A stretch of DNA of 64,000 nucleotides from Saccharofermentanales bacterium (GTDB lineage Bacteria; Bacillota; Clostridia; Saccharofermentanales; DTU023): NCBI GenBank assembly GCA_050951925.1, contig JBMNJZ010000001.1, positions 1,427,015-1,491,014 on the forward strand, read 5' to 3'. A program made the position numbers and the translations under genes. Under the pieces are notes generated by a model. The model saw only the letters and a program-made list of their open reading frames with translations. It was not told the DNA's origin and ran no database searches. Position 1 is the first letter of the stretch. Every line of letters begins with the position of its first letter. This document shows positions 19,467 to 28,993 of this stretch, in pieces.

Positions 19467-19809
19467 GCTTTCGAGTATACCTGTAAGCCGGGTTCTGTCG
19501 AGAACAGTCATCTATCTTGGCCCGTTGTCTCCAAAGGGCTCGAGCCACCTCCTCGGGACTGCGGATCTCCATTATCCCACCACGGTGTTGCTCCGGACGG
19601 GGTTTACAAGGCCAGCCGGTTACCTGACTGCCGGTGAGCTCTTACCTCACCCTTTCACCCTTACCTTTTCAGGCGGTATCCTTTCTGTTGCACTTTCCTT
19701 AAAGTCACCTTTACCGGGAGTTACCCGGCGCCCTGATCCTGGGAGCCCGGACTTTCCTCCGCGCATCACTTTCGCATCAGCGCGGCGACTGTCCAGTATA
19801 CTCGAAAGC
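19467..19809 (-). ncRNA. rnpB: RNase P RNA (bacterial, type-A-like)
   Basis: Minus strand contains GAGGAAAGTCCGGGCTCC, ACAGAAAG, GGTAAGGGTGAAAGGGTGAGGTAAGAGCTCACC and AGATAGATGACTGT...ACAGAACCCGGCTTA. P1 pairs TTCGAGTATAC with GTATACTCGAA at the two ends. Confidence 0.88.
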
Positions 19810-19854
19810 TTTTTTCATTATACTGAATCTGCAGGCAACGTAAAGATACAGACA

Positions 19855-20553
19855 TTACAATGCATATCTGTGTGCCAATAACCGGTGTATATATGCAGTA
19901 ATTTCCCGATCGACAGCAGAGGGCTGAAACATCTTGGCCCTATATCTTAACTCGCGTTCTAACAGCATGCGTTCAGCAGCCGTTGGTTCCCGGCTCTGCC
20001 ATCTATATGTCAATAAAGGACCCAATGCCACTTCAATGTCGGACAATTTATATTCCACTGTCTCAGTTAGCACCGAAATAATCACATAGGGATAAGATTT
20101 GGCTTCTACGACATCTTCAGCCAAGAACATCCAATTATTAGCCTGTAAGAACTTGCGCACTAAGACCAGATCACTTTGCGCTTGGATAATAAGCTTCACT
20201 CCCCCGGGCAGCGGCAAGGCATCAGAGAGAATAGAAATAATCTCTTTACCTCCCAGTCCGGCTAAAACAATAATGTCGGTCGCTTTAACTGTCACTGCCT
20301 TAAGTCCTTCACTATTTATCAGCCTGATGCTGTTCCCTGCGCCGGCTCGCAAAATACTCTTTCGCGCACGATCGCAAGCAGCACTGCTAATATCAATCGC
20401 AATTATTTCCTCGCATTTATTTTGGTAAGCCAATGCCAAGGGCAGCAGAGCATGATCTGTACCAATATCAATCACTCTCCGGCAGTACCCTACAGCATTA
20501 ATAATATATTGCAGTCTGCGATCTAATTTGGTGACTAAATTTCTCTTAGTCAA
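19855..20553 (-). CDS. trmK: tRNA (adenine22-N1)-methyltransferase
   Basis: [10 protein letters not shown] motif and the conserved position downstream of rpoD. TTG start overlaps the rpoD stop. Confidence 0.7.
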   Translation of the reverse strand: MTKRNLVTKLDRRLQYIINAVGYCRRVIDIGTDHALLPLALAYQNKCEEIIAIDISSAACDRARKSILRAGAGNSIRLINSEGLKAVTVKATDIIVLAGLGGKEIISILSDALPLPGGVKLIIQAQSDLVLVRKFLQANNWMFLAEDVVEAKSYPYVIISVLTETVEYKLSDIEVALGPLLTYRWQSREPTAAERMLLERELRYRAKMFQPSAVDREITAYIHRLLAHRYAL

Positions 20554-22090
20554 GGTATTCTCTCAACTTTTTACTGCGGCTGGGATGCCTCATTTTCCTT
20601 AATGCTTTTGCTTCAATTTGTCTTATTCTTTCACGTGTAACATTGAATTCGCGACCAACTTCTTCCAAGGTTCGTTGACGACCATCGTCAAGACCAAAGC
20701 GCAGACGCAACACTTTCTCTTCCCTGGCGGTCAGCCCTTTTAATACCTCCAGCAACTGCTCTTTCAGTAGGGTAAAAGCAGCCTGGTCAGCCGGAGACGG
20801 CGCATCATCATCAGGAATGAAATCTCCCAGATGGCTATCTTCTTCTTCTCCAATCGGTTTTTCCAGTGAAACCGGTTCTTGAGATTTTTTCATAATTTCT
20901 CTGACTTTTTCCGGGGTAATATCCATCTCGTTGGCAATTTCTTCTATCTCAGGCTCCCTGCCCAGCTCTTGCAACAATTGTCGTTGGATGCGGATCAACT
21001 TATTAATAGTTTCCACCATATGGACGGGTATACGAATCGTCCTCGCCTGATCAGCTATAGCTCTGGTAATGGCCTGACGAATCCACCAAGTAGCGTAGGT
21101 ACTGAATTTAAAGCCTTTGGTATAATCAAATTTATCCACTGCCTTGATCAGTCCAAGATTACCTTCCTGAATCAAATCCAAGAATTGCATGCCTCTTCCC
21201 GTATACCGCTTGGCAATACTTACTACTAAGCGTAAATTTGCTTCTGTCAAATGTTGTTTGGCAAATTCATCACCGGCCTCCATACGTATCGCCAACTCTC
21301 TCTCCTCTTCAGCCGTCAGCAGATCAACTTTGCCAATTTCTTTCAGATACATGCGAACCGGGTCGTCAACCAACATAGAATCATTAAAAGCCTCAGCTTT
21401 TTTATTTCGATCGTGCTCTCGCTCCGCTTCCTCTTTCTCATCAATGACCTCAATGCCGGCCCGCTCCAGTCCATCGATAATCTCATCCAGGCGGTCTTCT
21501 TCAAATTTTATGCGCTCCAAATAATCAAGCACATCATCTTGCTTAAGGGTTTTTTTGTTTGCTCTGCCTTTAGTAATCAATGGACGCAAAACGGACATAT
21601 CGAGATCGGACAATGGTACATCATCAATATCAAGATCATCATCAAGCTCATCATCACTCAAATCAAAAATATCTTCTTCAATATTATCTTCCGTGTCATC
21701 AGAAATATCATCAAACATATCGACATCTAACTCTTCATCTTCGCCTGCTTCAAATTCGTCAATAGTTTTGTCATCATCCAGAAAATCCTCTGCTTCCGGA
21801 TTGTCCTCATACTCATCTAAGTCCTGAACAACTTCCTCAGTTGCGGCTAAACTCCGTTCGTCGGTCTCAAGCGGCAATTCCACTTCCTTAGCCTTTGCCT
21901 CAGTTTTGCTTTTTACGGTTTTTTTTGTCGCGACAGCTTTTTTTTCTGTTGTGTCCTTTCTTTTAGACTCAGTTGCAGCTTGTTTTTTTTCAGTTTTACC
22001 GCGGCTGGATTTCCGGACTGCAGTTTCTTCATTTTCTGCTTGACGGTCAGAACTTTTATTAGCAGTATCCATTTTTTCGTTTTTGCTCAT
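20546..22090 (-). CDS. rpoD: Primary RNA polymerase sigma factor
   Basis: Regions 2-4 recognisable ([30 protein letters not shown], region 4 [15 protein letters not shown]). Long Lys-rich then acidic N-terminal extension. Confidence 0.92.
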   Translation of the reverse strand: MSKNEKMDTANKSSDRQAENEETAVRKSSRGKTEKKQAATESKRKDTTEKKAVATKKTVKSKTEAKAKEVELPLETDERSLAATEEVVQDLDEYEDNPEAEDFLDDDKTIDEFEAGEDEELDVDMFDDISDDTEDNIEEDIFDLSDDELDDDLDIDDVPLSDLDMSVLRPLITKGRANKKTLKQDDVLDYLERIKFEEDRLDEIIDGLERAGIEVIDEKEEAEREHDRNKKAEAFNDSMLVDDPVRMYLKEIGKVDLLTAEEERELAIRMEAGDEFAKQHLTEANLRLVVSIAKRYTGRGMQFLDLIQEGNLGLIKAVDKFDYTKGFKFSTYATWWIRQAITRAIADQARTIRIPVHMVETINKLIRIQRQLLQELGREPEIEEIANEMDITPEKVREIMKKSQEPVSLEKPIGEEEDSHLGDFIPDDDAPSPADQAAFTLLKEQLLEVLKGLTAREEKVLRLRFGLDDGRQRTLEEVGREFNVTRERIRQIEAKALRKMRHPSRSKKLREYLD

Positions 22091-22232
22091 ATGATTCTCC
22101 TTGTATATTTAAGTTCGTCAGGATCGTGGTATCTTGACGGTATTTTCTGTTAATCCCATAAGCCACGTGGGATAATAGAACCGTGCAGTTGAGGGCGTCG
22201 GCATCCTCCTTAGTAATAGTTGAAATAATTAA

Positions 22233-24083
22233 TTAGTAGAGTTTTTGTTTCCATTTGATCGCCTGAGTTTGTAATTCCTTATATCTGGACATATATTCAG
22301 CTCTGTCAGAGGGGCTGGCAGCAGCTTTCGCCTTAGCTAGCAGTGCTTCGCCTTCTCTGTCGAATCTCTCTGATCTCAGGCGATGGAATAAACGTTCTAT
22401 TGCAGCTCGCTTTTGCCGCATACCTGTTAACTCAATTGAATTTATGCTGGCTTCCATCAAAGAATTGGCAAGATCACGGTCGCCATCGCCACCAATTGAT
22501 TCCTCAATAATTCCAGGCAGATTGGCAGTCGAAAAAGATCCGTCTTCGCTGGCAGCTAACAGTCTGCTTGCAACTTCTCGCAGCAGGCCTGCAGAAAAGT
22601 CTTCAGGCTCAACCACAAAATCAAGTTCAGTCAGCAGATCATTAAACTCACTCAACAGGATAATAAGTTGTATCTCATCCTCTCTGGCAGCGGAGATATC
22701 TTTCGCCCTTGCTCCGGCCCTTGAGATTGTCCCTCCATCCAAAGCCTTTCTGTCCTGACTATTTTGATCGGGATTACGCCTCCGGGCGATTTCAGTCATA
22801 ACGGCCTTTGTTGTTGTACCGATTTCTGCAGCTACTTTGGCAGCATAAATCTCCCGCAGTATAGCGTTCTTTTCTTTAGCAAGCAGATTGCAGGCCAGAT
22901 TCTGATAGCCCAGGATTTGTAAAACTCCATCCTCGGATAATGATTCCTGCCTAATCATTTCCAGCTCAAAGGCCAACGGCTCCATCACATTATCTAACAG
23001 GGCCTTAAACCTGGTAGGTCCATAGGCGCGGACATAATCATCCGGGTCTTTATTTTCGGGGATAAGCAGTACGGACACCTCTATTCCGACTCTCTCCAGC
23101 AGAGCGGTAGCTTTCGAAGTGGCGTTTCTGCCTGCCCGATCCGCATCAAAACAAGTAATGACACGATCAGTATGCCTTTTTAGTAAATTGGCCTGGGCAG
23201 AAGTTAGAGCAGTACCCAGTGTTGCTGCGGCATAATCAATCCCAGCCAAGTATAGACTTATTACATCAAAATATCCTTCAACTATAATTATCCTGTCTGA
23301 CTGGCTGGACTTGACAAAATTGAGCCCATACAAATGCTTGCCCTTATGATAAATTGCAGTTTCATTGGTATTCAAATATTTAGGTCCTGATTCATCTAAA
23401 GCACGTCCGCCAAAAGCAATCAGATTGCCTTGAACATCAAAGATCGGAAAAATAATCCGGTTGCGGAAAAAGTCAATTAATGTTTTTTGTCTGCTATATA
23501 TAGCCAAACCTGAGGTGAGCATTTCCTCTTGTGTATAGCCCTTGCTTTGCAGGTGCTGACAAAGTTGATCCCAGGCGGCCGGCGCAAAGCCCAAGCCAAA
23601 TCTTTTAGCAACAGATTGATGAATTGTTCTTTGCTCCAGATAGTATCTCGCCTTAAGCCCCTCATCATCCAGAAGCTTAGAATAGTAGAATCGCGCCGCA
23701 TCCAACATAATAGCCAGGAGTCTCTTTCTGGCGCGTTGTCTTGCGATCAGTTGAGGGTCATCGTCTTCCGGTATTTCAAGGTTGACACGTTTAGCCAGGA
23801 AACGTACAGCATCCGGGAAAGATAAATGCTCAATTTCTTGGATAAATTTAATTGCATTGCCACCTTTATGGCAGCCGAAACAATAGAATATCTGTTTTCT
23901 GGGTGCTACGCTAAAAGAAGGAGTCTCCTCCTCGTGAAAAGGACAGAGTCCAAAAAGATTGGCCGAACTCTTTTTTTCAAGCGGGACATAAGAAGAAACC
24001 AAATCAACTATATCCGTTCTGGCCAATACCTCACTGATTAAATTTTCCGGGATCAGACCTGCCAAAGAGCTTCCACCAATCAT
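22233..24083 (-). CDS. dnaG: DNA primase
   Basis: Zinc ribbon (CPFHEEETPSFSV...CFGC), TOPRIM (EGYFDVISL, DADRAGR), upstream of rpoD. Confidence 0.92.
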   Translation of the reverse strand: MIGGSSLAGLIPENLISEVLARTDIVDLVSSYVPLEKKSSANLFGLCPFHEEETPSFSVAPRKQIFYCFGCHKGGNAIKFIQEIEHLSFPDAVRFLAKRVNLEIPEDDDPQLIARQRARKRLLAIMLDAARFYYSKLLDDEGLKARYYLEQRTIHQSVAKRFGLGFAPAAWDQLCQHLQSKGYTQEEMLTSGLAIYSRQKTLIDFFRNRIIFPIFDVQGNLIAFGGRALDESGPKYLNTNETAIYHKGKHLYGLNFVKSSQSDRIIIVEGYFDVISLYLAGIDYAAATLGTALTSAQANLLKRHTDRVITCFDADRAGRNATSKATALLERVGIEVSVLLIPENKDPDDYVRAYGPTRFKALLDNVMEPLAFELEMIRQESLSEDGVLQILGYQNLACNLLAKEKNAILREIYAAKVAAEIGTTTKAVMTEIARRRNPDQNSQDRKALDGGTISRAGARAKDISAAREDEIQLIILLSEFNDLLTELDFVVEPEDFSAGLLREVASRLLAASEDGSFSTANLPGIIEESIGGDGDRDLANSLMEASINSIELTGMRQKRAAIERLFHRLRSERFDREGEALLAKAKAAASPSDRAEYMSRYKELQTQAIKWKQKLY

Positions 24084-24119
24084 ATTTCAATCTTTGCTCA
24101 TTGATAGATTCGCTTCAAA

Positions 24120-25499
24120 TCAGAATTTATCCTCTCTGCGGGTACTTTTTCTATATGCGAGCCAGAGCGCGCATTCAAGCCTTTTCTTCATTAAGCGGCA
24201 ACTGATCTCATTCAAGCCGGTGAGATCGCCATTGACATGAAGAACATCCGCCGCGCAACCGCCGCCACAATGATATCGTGCCCAGCAGCTTGAGCACGGC
24301 TCCTGATCGGACAGTAAAAAGCGGTAGAAACTTTCCCGGACAGATCGCTTTAGATTATGTCGTTCATTGCGGACAGAGCCCAAGAGATACTCTCTCTCTC
24401 CTACCAGTTGATGACAAGGATAGATATCCCCGTTTGCCGCGACAGCACAATATTCCAAACCAACACCACAGCCCTTAAGCCTCTTGTACAGACAAGGGCC
24501 GCCGGATAGGTCCAACGCAAAATGAAAATAATTGATATCTTTGCCCCGTCTATCAAGCTCATCAATGGCTAAGGCCAACTTTTCATACTCCATTTCAATA
24601 GCAGGAATATTCTCCAAACCTATACCATAATCACAACCGGGAGCTGAAATAACGGGTTCCAGAGAAATATTGCTGCCAAATTCAGCCAGATGAAGAGCGT
24701 CAGCAGTGAAATCTAAATTATATACGGTGAAAGTGCCGCGGATATAATACTCCTGTCCCGCTCTTTCAGCAATAAAATCACGAATCTTTGGAGCCACCAT
24801 GTCATAAGAGCCATTTCCTCCGGCATCTAGGCGCATACGGTCATTTACTTCCCGCCTGCCATCGAGCGAAAGTACCACATTTTTGAAATATTTATTGATA
24901 AAAGAGGTTTTTTCAGCATCCAAAGAGGTTGCATTAGTAGTCAAAGTCAATCTTATATTCTTGCCTGCAGCTAAACCGGCTTGTCCGGCATATACTGCCA
25001 GTTGCTTAACTACATTCCAGTTAAGCAATGGCTCACCGCCAAAAAAGTCCAGGTCTAAGTTTTTTCTACCTGCCGATTTTTCGATGAGAAAATCTACAGC
25101 GCGCTTTCCCGTCTCGTAGCTCATCATGCTCTGCTCTGAATCGCCATAAGTGCCATCTGCTGCGAAACAATATCTGCATCTAAGATTGCAAGCCTGGCAA
25201 ATTATCAGACACATAGCCTTAAGCACTACACCGTCCGGATATAATTGATCAGCACTAATCTTGACGCCTTCGGCAAAAAGCTCGCCGGCTTCAATCAGTT
25301 GTTCTATCTCGGAGCATAAAACAGCCACTTCCTCAGCTGGCAGCTTCGGAACATAATCTCCGGGCCGATCCGGCATTTTTGAACCGTTAGCCTGACAAGC
25401 CTGAATAAGTAAAAAAGCGGCTTCATCCAGGTGATGGAAGGCGCCGCTTTCGCTGTCATAGGCAAAAAACTCACCGTTAAATTGGAAAGTATGAGTCAA
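24120..25499 (-). CDS. scfB: Radical SAM/SPASM maturase for the SCIFF peptide
   Basis: CNLRCRYC radical-SAM cluster motif and a Cys-rich SPASM C-terminus, directly downstream of a SCIFF precursor. The start is probably TTG at 25499, overlapping the scfA stop (AATTGA). The track N-terminal extension overlaps scfA. Confidence 0.85.
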   Translation of the reverse strand: MTHTFQFNGEFFAYDSESGAFHHLDEAAFLLIQACQANGSKMPDRPGDYVPKLPAEEVAVLCSEIEQLIEAGELFAEGVKISADQLYPDGVVLKAMCLIICQACNLRCRYCFAADGTYGDSEQSMMSYETGKRAVDFLIEKSAGRKNLDLDFFGGEPLLNWNVVKQLAVYAGQAGLAAGKNIRLTLTTNATSLDAEKTSFINKYFKNVVLSLDGRREVNDRMRLDAGGNGSYDMVAPKIRDFIAERAGQEYYIRGTFTVYNLDFTADALHLAEFGSNISLEPVISAPGCDYGIGLENIPAIEMEYEKLALAIDELDRRGKDINYFHFALDLSGGPCLYKRLKGCGVGLEYCAVAANGDIYPCHQLVGEREYLLGSVRNERHNLKRSVRESFYRFLLSDQEPCSSCWARYHCGGGCAADVLHVNGDLTGLNEISCRLMKKRLECALWLAYRKSTRREDKF

Positions 25500-25648
25500 T
25501 TCTGAGTATCTCTCTTTTCGCAAGGCTGGTTCGCTACGGTGCAGGAGGTCTTGCATGCTGACTGGCATGAAGTTTGACACTCGCCGCAGGCTTTGCCGTC
25601 TTTGCTTGACAGTTTAGTTTTATTCTGAATTGTCTTAATATACTGCAT
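25496..25648 (-). CDS. scfA: SCIFF (six-cysteines-in-forty-five) ribosomal peptide precursor, 50 aa
   Basis: My own translation is MQYIKTIQNKTKLSSKDGKACGECQTSCQSACKTSCTVANQPCEKRDTQN, containing the hallmark CGECQTSCQSACKTSCTV core. It is below the 60-aa cutoff of the ORF track. Confidence 0.85.
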   Translation of the reverse strand: MQYIKTIQNKTKLSSKDGKACGECQTSCQSACKTSCTVANQPCEKRDTQN

Positions 25649-25656
25649 TATGCTAC

Positions 25657-25944
25657 CTACTTTTCTTCCTCATCCTCAGTTTCCAATACAGGTCTGCTTA
25701 CACTGGAAATGGCATTTTTCTTAAAAGTCATCATAGTGTTGGCTACGCTGGTATAAATCGTCACTTCATTTTCCGTCATACTGGCAATACGACCGACAAT
25801 TCCTCCGATAGTGAGCACATTATCTCCTACCCTCATGGCATCGAGCTGCTCTTTCAGCTTCTTCTCCTTTTTCTTTTGAGGCCTTATCATCAGAAAATAC
25901 ATCACCACAAAAAGCAGTACAAATGGGGCAATCATACCCAACAT
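25657..25944 (-). CDS. yajC: Preprotein translocase subunit YajC
   Basis: Single TM followed by IRPQKKK and the GDNVLTIGGIVGRI motif. Start probably at MLGMIAPF. Confidence 0.8.
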   Translation of the reverse strand: MLGMIAPFVLLFVVMYFLMIRPQKKKEKKLKEQLDAMRVGDNVLTIGGIVGRIASMTENEVTIYTSVANTMMTFKKNAISSVSRPVLETEDEEEK

Positions 25945-26088
25945 GCTGCCGGTGCCCGGCTGGCTATTGAGCGCACAATATTGTAAACTAAAAGTCATTA
26001 TATATCCTCCAGTATATATTCAGATATGCCATATCATATCATTAAAAGAAAAATACTGTAAAGGGAGTAAAGTCGCAGGTATAGAACT

Positions 26089-26919
26089 ATGAGTTATGCT
26101 GACAAAATCTTTGTTGAAAACTGCAGAACCATTTTAAACGAGGGCATTAGTAATGAGGGTACAGCTATTAGACCTCGCTGGCAGGACGGTACTCCTGCCT
26201 ATTCAATCAAAAAATTCGGCCTTGTCAATCGCTATGATCTAAGTAAAGAGTTTCCACTTCTTACTTTAAGGCCAATCAATTGGAAAGCTGCCTTGCGCGA
26301 GATTCTCTGGATCTGGCAGAAAAAATCCAATATTATTGCCGAGCTCGGCAGCAAGATCTGGGATCAATGGGAAATGCCTGACGGCACGATCGGCAAGGCC
26401 TACGGTTACCAACTGGGGCAAAAGCATATCTATCCTGAGGGAGAATTTGATCAAGTTGACCGTATTCTTTGGGAATTAAAGCATACTCCGTCCAGCCGTC
26501 GTATGCTGACCAGTCTGTTTAATTTCGCAGATCTGCATCAGATGGCACTATATCCTTGTGCCTGGAGCATGACATTTAATGTCGAAGGCGACAAACTCAA
26601 TGCCATTCTTAATCAAAGATCGCAGGATATGCTTGCTGCCAATAATTGGAATGTAGTTCAGTATTCTGCATTGGTAATGATGATTGCTCAAGTTTCGGGA
26701 TTCCAACCCGGCGAATTTATCCATGTCATTGCGGATGCCCACATTTACGATCGACATATTGAGCTGGTGGAAAATGTTATATCTCGCCCTGCTTTTACTG
26801 CTCCTGTATTCAAAATTGATCCCGCAGTTAAGAATTTCTATGACTTTACTATTGACAGCTTTGAGGTCGAGGATTATCAGCATGGCGATAAGATCGGCGC
26901 CTTCCCGATTGCCGAATGA
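26089..26919 (+). CDS. thyA: Thymidylate synthase
   Basis: ThyA motifs (LREILWIW, PCAWSMTFNV active-site Cys region, NQRSQD). Confidence 0.9.
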   Translation: MSYADKIFVENCRTILNEGISNEGTAIRPRWQDGTPAYSIKKFGLVNRYDLSKEFPLLTLRPINWKAALREILWIWQKKSNIIAELGSKIWDQWEMPDGTIGKAYGYQLGQKHIYPEGEFDQVDRILWELKHTPSSRRMLTSLFNFADLHQMALYPCAWSMTFNVEGDKLNAILNQRSQDMLAANNWNVVQYSALVMMIAQVSGFQPGEFIHVIADAHIYDRHIELVENVISRPAFTAPVFKIDPAVKNFYDFTIDSFEVEDYQHGDKIGAFPIAE

Positions 26920-26941
26920 AAAACAAACTTAGGGGAATCTG

Positions 26942-28480
26942 ATGAAAATAGTAGTAGCTTGTGATCGCAACTGGGGAATCGGTTTTGAGGGCAACCTCTT
27001 GGCGCATATCAGGGGTGATTTAAAGCGCTTTCAAGCAATTACTGCTAATAATATTGTTGTCTATGGCCGCAAATCTCTTGCTACTTTTCCCGCCGCACAG
27101 CCCCTAAAAAACCGTCTTAATCTGATTCTGACCACAGATAAGAATTTCTCTGCACCCCCGGCTTTAATTGTTTACAGCCTGCCGGAATTATTGGCACTGC
27201 TACAGAAATTAAAATTGCAATTTGCAGAGAAAACTATTTTTATCATTGGGGGGGCAAGTGTTTATGAACAATTGCTGCCTTACTGTGATGAGATCTTTTT
27301 GACTGAGATCGATACGGAATTTGTTGCCGACAGTTACTTTCCTGATCTGACAAGATATGAGAATTGGCACAAGTCCAATGTAGAATCCTGGCAAGAAGAA
27401 GAAGGTCTCAGATATCGCTATGTCAACTATAAACATATTAGAAAACTGACAATACGCAGGCTAGTCCTTAGTGATGCTTCAGAGTTGGCAAAACTAGGTC
27501 TGGCAGGTCTGCCGACTACAGCTAAGCAACTGCGTTCATTGTTTAGACTCTGGAATCAAGCCGACAGCGGCAGCATCCTTTATTCAATACTCGACCGGGG
27601 TAATGTAATTGGCTTGGCACGGGTAGTCCAACCTGTATTGAATAGTGACTTAGTCTGTCTGAGCTGGCAGACGCCTCATTCCCTTACACAGTCTGATTAT
27701 GAATCAATAATTGATCAGGTTCTTAGTTTTAATTCTGAGTTTTACAGACTAGAAGTTATTTCTGAGCTGGAATTGGCAAACTCAGAAAAAACCTTAGCGC
27801 TATTGGGCACCAAAAGCGGTCAACATGCCCCCGCCTATTGCAAAACAGTGTTTCGACCGGATCGCGCAGGCTTGGCAATTGCCTTCGTTCCCTTCCGTTC
27901 TTTTGGTTACTTGACCATCAAAGCATTGGCAACGGAGGCCAGGGTAGTAGAAATCTCTTTTTGGCGTTCAGACGAAATCCTGGCTGATCCCGATCTCCTT
28001 TCTGCCGCTGAGCACTTGGGTTTGATAGACAATAACGGCAGGCCAATTTTAGAAGACTCTGATCGGACAATATATGCCGGTGAGTTAAATCGGGATTATC
28101 TAATACAAGTTAGTGCTGATTTGCTGAATTATTTGTCCGGCAATATTGCGTCCCCTCCGATTCAATATGAATTACTACAGTCAACTGAATTCCAGCGCAG
28201 AGTTTGGCAGGAAATTATGAACATTCCCTATGGCAGCACCGCCACCTATGAGCAGATAGCCGCCCGGGTAGTGCCGGAAGCTGAGAATCATCAGAACTAT
28301 GCCCGAGCGGTTGGGAATGCTTGCGCGGCCAATCCCCTGCCTTTAATAATTCCTTGTCATAGGGTTATTGGCAAAGACAGCAATTTGGTTGGTTTTAGCG
28401 GCGGCGTAGATATAAAAGATTATCTTCTTAATCTTGAAATGCAAAATGCCCAAAAACTCTTCCGGTCTTTTGATGAATAA
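26942..28480 (+). CDS. folA: Dihydrofolate reductase fused to an uncharacterised (GNAT-like?) middle region and a C-terminal O6-alkylguanine-DNA alkyltransferase (MGMT/Ogt) domain
   Basis: N-terminal ~165 aa are DHFR-like (VACDRNWGIG, DLKRFQAIT, IIGGASVYEQ). The C-terminus has TEFQRRVWQEI...IPCHRVIG (PCHRV active site, Cys codon 28355-28357). Confidence 0.75.
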   Translation: MKIVVACDRNWGIGFEGNLLAHIRGDLKRFQAITANNIVVYGRKSLATFPAAQPLKNRLNLILTTDKNFSAPPALIVYSLPELLALLQKLKLQFAEKTIFIIGGASVYEQLLPYCDEIFLTEIDTEFVADSYFPDLTRYENWHKSNVESWQEEEGLRYRYVNYKHIRKLTIRRLVLSDASELAKLGLAGLPTTAKQLRSLFRLWNQADSGSILYSILDRGNVIGLARVVQPVLNSDLVCLSWQTPHSLTQSDYESIIDQVLSFNSEFYRLEVISELELANSEKTLALLGTKSGQHAPAYCKTVFRPDRAGLAIAFVPFRSFGYLTIKALATEARVVEISFWRSDEILADPDLLSAAEHLGLIDNNGRPILEDSDRTIYAGELNRDYLIQVSADLLNYLSGNIASPPIQYELLQSTEFQRRVWQEIMNIPYGSTATYEQIAARVVPEAENHQNYARAVGNACAANPLPLIIPCHRVIGKDSNLVGFSGGVDIKDYLLNLEMQNAQKLFRSFDE

Positions 28481-28605
28481 TCCCATCGTATTTTGATAAA
28501 TAAAGTCGCCGCAAATTATACCATCTACTCTCACATGGAAAAATTTAAGTGATATGATTAGCAATAGCTAAGGTGTAAATATGATTGGGCGGACAGTTCG
28601 ATTGA

Positions 28606-28634
28606 TTGACAGAACGCCCTTAAAACAGTACAAT
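28606..28634 (+). promoter_or_regulatory. Sigma-70-type promoter of tRNA-Pro(CGG)
   Basis: TTGACA (28606-28611), 17 nt, TACAAT (28629-28634), ending 11 nt before the tRNA. Confidence 0.65.
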
Positions 28635-28645
28635 TCCATAGAAAT

Positions 28646-28721
28646 CGGGGTGTGGCTCAGGTGGTAGAGCGCTTGGTTCGGGACCAAGAGGCCGCAAGTT
28701 CAAGTCTTGTCACTCCGACCA
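28646..28721 (+). tRNA. tRNA-Pro (anticodon CGG), CCA encoded
   Basis: Acceptor CGGGGTG/CACTCCG (one G-U), anticodon stem CTTGG/CCAAG with loop TTCGGGA, T-loop TTCAAGT, 3' ACCA. Confidence 0.85.
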
Positions 28722-28722
28722 A

Positions 28723-28776
28723 GCAAAATGCCCTTGGAGGAAATTGCAGTTTGTCAAGGGCATCTTTGCTTTTTTA
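28723..28776 (+). terminator. Intrinsic terminator after tRNA-Pro(CGG)
   Basis: GCAAAATGCCCTTG ... CAAGGGCATCTTTGC followed by TTTTTT. Confidence 0.7.
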
Positions 28777-28993
28777 TGCAGTTTGTGGTGTCAATTTTTC
28801 TTAACGGTGATAATCCCTCGTCTATGCTCGGGGATCTTTGTATTCTCACTGCGCCTATCCCGTTGCATATGATCGTTATATACAAATATATAATTCCTAA
28901 TCTAGCTAATATTATGATAAAGTAATACTGGCAATTACAATAGCGAATGTTTGTCATGTAATGCATGATAATTCCAGATGAAAGGTTCTTCTC

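Noticed and set aside
20546-22090. Very long Lys-rich/acidic N-terminal extension of the primary sigma factor
   Set aside because: Extended, charged region 1.1 segments are common in primary sigma factors. I do not consider this a distinct finding.
28707-28966. Two overlapping ~70-aa ORFs in the AT-rich spacer between tRNA-Pro and the LysR gene
   Set aside because: They lack an SD, their translations are implausible and low-complexity, they overlap the tRNA terminator, and they lie in AT-rich intergenic DNA.
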